Source: Candidatus Altiarchaeota archaeon (GTDB lineage Archaea > SpSt-1190). Taken from it: DNA of 47,338 nt. A model generated the notes under the pieces. That model searched no databases. It saw only the letters and a program-made list of their open reading frames with translations, and was not told the origin of the DNA. The position numbers were made by a program, and so were the translations under genes. Positions within the stretch are counted from its first letter, which is position 1, and every line of letters starts with the position of its first letter. This document shows, piece by piece, positions 45,870-47,338 of this stretch. The DNA is taken from contig JAAOXV010000007.1 of the NCBI GenBank assembly GCA_018220955.1, forward strand, positions 1 through 47,338, read 5' to 3'.

Positions 45870-46241
45870 TTAATGCTTGTTATATGGATGATTTGGCTTT
45901 AGTACCCGAAACAGTTGGTCGAGCAGGACAAGTATAGTCAGCTGATGATTCAGTGTTAACTTACCCAATGATATGGACTGATCGTGCTTGACATCAATAC
46001 CATCTGGCCCACCAACAACAAAGGTCAAGTCTGTACTCATGTCTTTTTTGACAAGCTCGGAAAATGCGTTTGTGTTCAAGAGCTGACCTTGCTCATCAAG
46101 CAGAATTACTCTACCCTTCAAGTGTTTTTCTACTTCCTTAACAAAGTTTGTCTCAACTCCTGCTCTCTTAGCCAACTCAGCTATTGCATCTCTGTATGGC
46201 TGCTTTGGCCTTGACGGACAGACAATCCTAATTTTTGCCAT
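45870..46241 (-). CDS. rlmH: rRNA pseudouridine N3-methyltransferase RlmH-like (SPOUT), short form
   Basis: 'VILLDEQGQLLNTNAFSELV', 'FVVGGPDG', 'SLGKLTLNHQLTILVLLDQLFRV' and 'NHPYNKH' align with my recollection of E. coli RlmH ('IVTLDIPGK..', 'LIGGPEG', '[22 protein letters not shown]', 'NHPYHRE'). Confidence 0.8.
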   Translation of the reverse strand: MAKIRIVCPSRPKQPYRDAIAELAKRAGVETNFVKEVEKHLKGRVILLDEQGQLLNTNAFSELVKKDMSTDLTFVVGGPDGIDVKHDQSISLGKLTLNHQLTILVLLDQLFRVLKPNHPYNKH

Positions 46242-46270
46242 TTTGTCAATAAAGCTCTGTGCCTTAAATT

Positions 46271-46352
46271 TTTTTGTTCAAGGTTTTTTCTGCGGAAAAC
46301 CCCACGCACGGGGAAACCACTGTCTTTTTGTTCAAGGTTTTTCTGCGGAAAA
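46271..46352. repeat. 28/29-nt direct repeat pair flanking a GC hairpin in the tRNA-Ser 3' trailer
   Basis: TTTTTGTTCAAGGTTTTTTCTGCGGAAAA lies at 46271..46299 and TTTTTGTTCAAGGTTTTTCTGCGGAAAA at 46325..46352. They differ by one T. They are separated by 25 nt containing CCCCACGCACGGGG. Confidence 0.85.
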
Positions 46353-46358
46353 AGCTTG

Positions 46359-46438
46359 CGCCGGGGAAGGGATTTGAACCCTTGACTCCAAAGAGACCAG
46401 CTTTCCAGGCTGGCGCATTACCGCTCTGCCACCCCGGC
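46359..46438 (-). tRNA. tRNA-Ser (anticodon GGA), type II with long variable arm
   Basis: The reverse complement is GCCGGGGTGGCAGAGCGGTAATGCGCCAGCCTGGAAAGCTGGTCTCTTTGGAGTCAAGGGTTCAAATCCCTTCCCCGGCG. Acceptor stem is GCCGGGG/CCCCGGC. The D stem is 3 bp. Anticodon stem is CCAGC/GCTGG with loop CTGGAAA. The variable arm is CTC-TTTG-GAG. Confidence 0.9.
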
Positions 46439-46462
46439 ACAAGACAAACTGGGTTTTTCGCA

Positions 46463-46470
46463 ATAAATAG
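46463..46470 (-). promoter_or_regulatory. TATA-like box upstream of tRNA-Ser
   Basis: TATTTATT on the minus strand is centred about 28 nt upstream of the tRNA 5' end. Confidence 0.3.
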
Positions 46471-46524
46471 GTTTCTGGAAGGACAAAGTCTCATACATAG
46501 AAAAAAATAAAGAATAATGGGAAC

Positions 46525-46845
46525 CTAAAGGCTCCACATTTTTAGGGTATCTACTAGTATGTATAGCGCGATTATCGCTAGACCGAGTACTTCTGAAATT
46601 GTTCCAAAGAATGAGAACAATGACAAAAAGAACGCGCCCCAGGGGCTAATTACATATGGGGCGAACGAGTTTGCAAGTGTGTTGAATATTGCACCAGAAA
46701 AGGTGAATAACACTCCTGCAGCGAGCTTGCCCCAATCCATCTTTGGAAACTTAGCTTGGTTCCAAAGCCATGCAACAATCGGCACTAACAGATACGGTGT
46801 GTTTACTATCGTAGCCATCCATTCTGTCATAAAACATAACGGCAA
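46525..46845 (-). CDS. Hypothetical small membrane protein
   Basis: 106-aa ORF of about 3 TM segments. No motif recognised. Confidence 0.45.
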   Translation of the reverse strand: MPLCFMTEWMATIVNTPYLLVPIVAWLWNQAKFPKMDWGKLAAGVLFTFSGAIFNTLANSFAPYVISPWGAFFLSLFSFFGTISEVLGLAIIALYILVDTLKMWSL

Positions 46846-46878
46846 GAGCCGATATTTAACCTCTGTGTTTGTCGAATT

Positions 46879-47338
46879 TTACTGATTACGTTCTCTTTCA
46901 AGTGAGCTGGTAAACCGCATCTTGTTGCCAAGGTCTGTCACGCCACAGACTTGAGTTAGTTCATCATTACCTGTCAAAATTGCGTATGGATAATCCTCTC
47001 GGATTTCGTATGCTAATGCAGATTTTATATCAAGATTTCTCGACAACTCAAGATTCATGTGAATCTCGGGCGTTTCTTTAGAAAGTTCATAATCATGATA
47101 GATTTCGCCAAAAACACTTGTTTTCTCAACATATTTCTGGTTTTGAAGTCTGAGCATCACAGAGTATCCATCTTTGATCGGGAAAATCCACGGATGTAAA
47201 AATTTATCATTAATGATTCTTGCCTTAATTTCTTGCGGAAGCATATCATTCCCATCATCCGTGCTTATGATTTCGACATTTTCACGAGACTCATAATGAA
47301 TTGCCTTTAGACTTTTGCCGGCGCGTGAGTAAAAAATC
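46879..47338 (-). CDS. Hypothetical protein (N-terminus beyond window edge)
   Basis: The ORF track starts it at M 47244. My translation shows the frame stays open upstream to the window end (...IFYSRAGKSLKAIHYESRENVEIISTDDGNDMLPQEIK...), so the gene is probably 5'-truncated here. Confidence 0.45.
   Translation of the reverse strand, partial: IFYSRAGKSLKAIHYESRENVEIISTDDGNDMLPQEIKARIINDKFLHPWIFPIKDGYSVMLRLQNQKYVEKTSVFGEIYHDYELSKETPEIHMNLELSRNLDIKSALAYEIREDYPYAILTGNDELTQVCGVTDLGNKMRFTSSLERERNQ

Noticed and set aside
46271-46352. Mini-CRISPR array (two 28-nt repeats and one spacer)
   Set aside because: There are only two repeats. The 25-nt 'spacer' is shorter than the repeat and is itself a conserved hairpin also found at the tRNA-His locus. 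The repeats are A/T-rich without the usual terminal GAAA(C/G) signature, and there are no cas genes in the window.
46264-46510. Two overlapping ORFs (76 aa minus strand, 78 aa plus strand)
   Set aside because: Both span tRNA-Ser and the 28-nt direct repeats. The repeated 'FLFKVF' peptide is simply the translated DNA repeat. They are spurious.

Overview
This is a 47.3-kb, AT-rich, very densely packed archaeal chromosomal segment. Most intergenic gaps are under 70 nt and many neighbouring genes overlap by 1-11 nt at start/stop. Nothing here was computed or searched; all calls come from reading the ORF translations and hand-folding RNAs.

Core content:
- A minus-strand information-processing gene string: rpoB2(B'')-rpoB1(B')-rpoA1(A')-rpoA2(A'')-rpl30e-nusA-rps12-rps7-aEF-2.
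- ProRS, ArgRS, IleRS, Elp3, a SepF-like protein, SRP54, RlmH, a phosphohexomutase, a divergent UDP-GlcNAc 2-epimerase and an ABC-2 exporter pair.
- Five tRNA genes: His-GUG, Val-CAC, CAU (Met or Ile2), Lys-UUU and Ser-GGA. None has an intron and none encodes CCA.
- No rRNA, cas genes, integrase or transposase.

Split rpoB, SepF, the extreme compaction and the many orphan small or membrane proteins suggest a small-genome euryarchaeal or DPANN-type lineage (inference only).

The stand-out feature is a 2,349-codon cysteine-rich giant protein with a signal peptide and a C-terminal membrane anchor. It has internal tandem Cys/Asp modules and sits between aEF-2 and SRP54, where tuf/rps10 normally follow.

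Other observations worth follow-up:
- RpoH is relocated about 35 kb from rpoB and fused to a SAP/HeH-like N-terminal motif.
- An MtaD-like amidohydrolase has lost its apparent metal ligands.
- A HerA/DUF87-type ATPase is fused to a winged-helix tail.
- tRNA-His is followed by an exact 18-nt copy of its own 3' end.
- A hairpin motif is shared by two tRNA trailers, each time bracketed by direct repeats.
- An orphan gene cluster lies between argS and ileS and contains two paralogous small ORFs.
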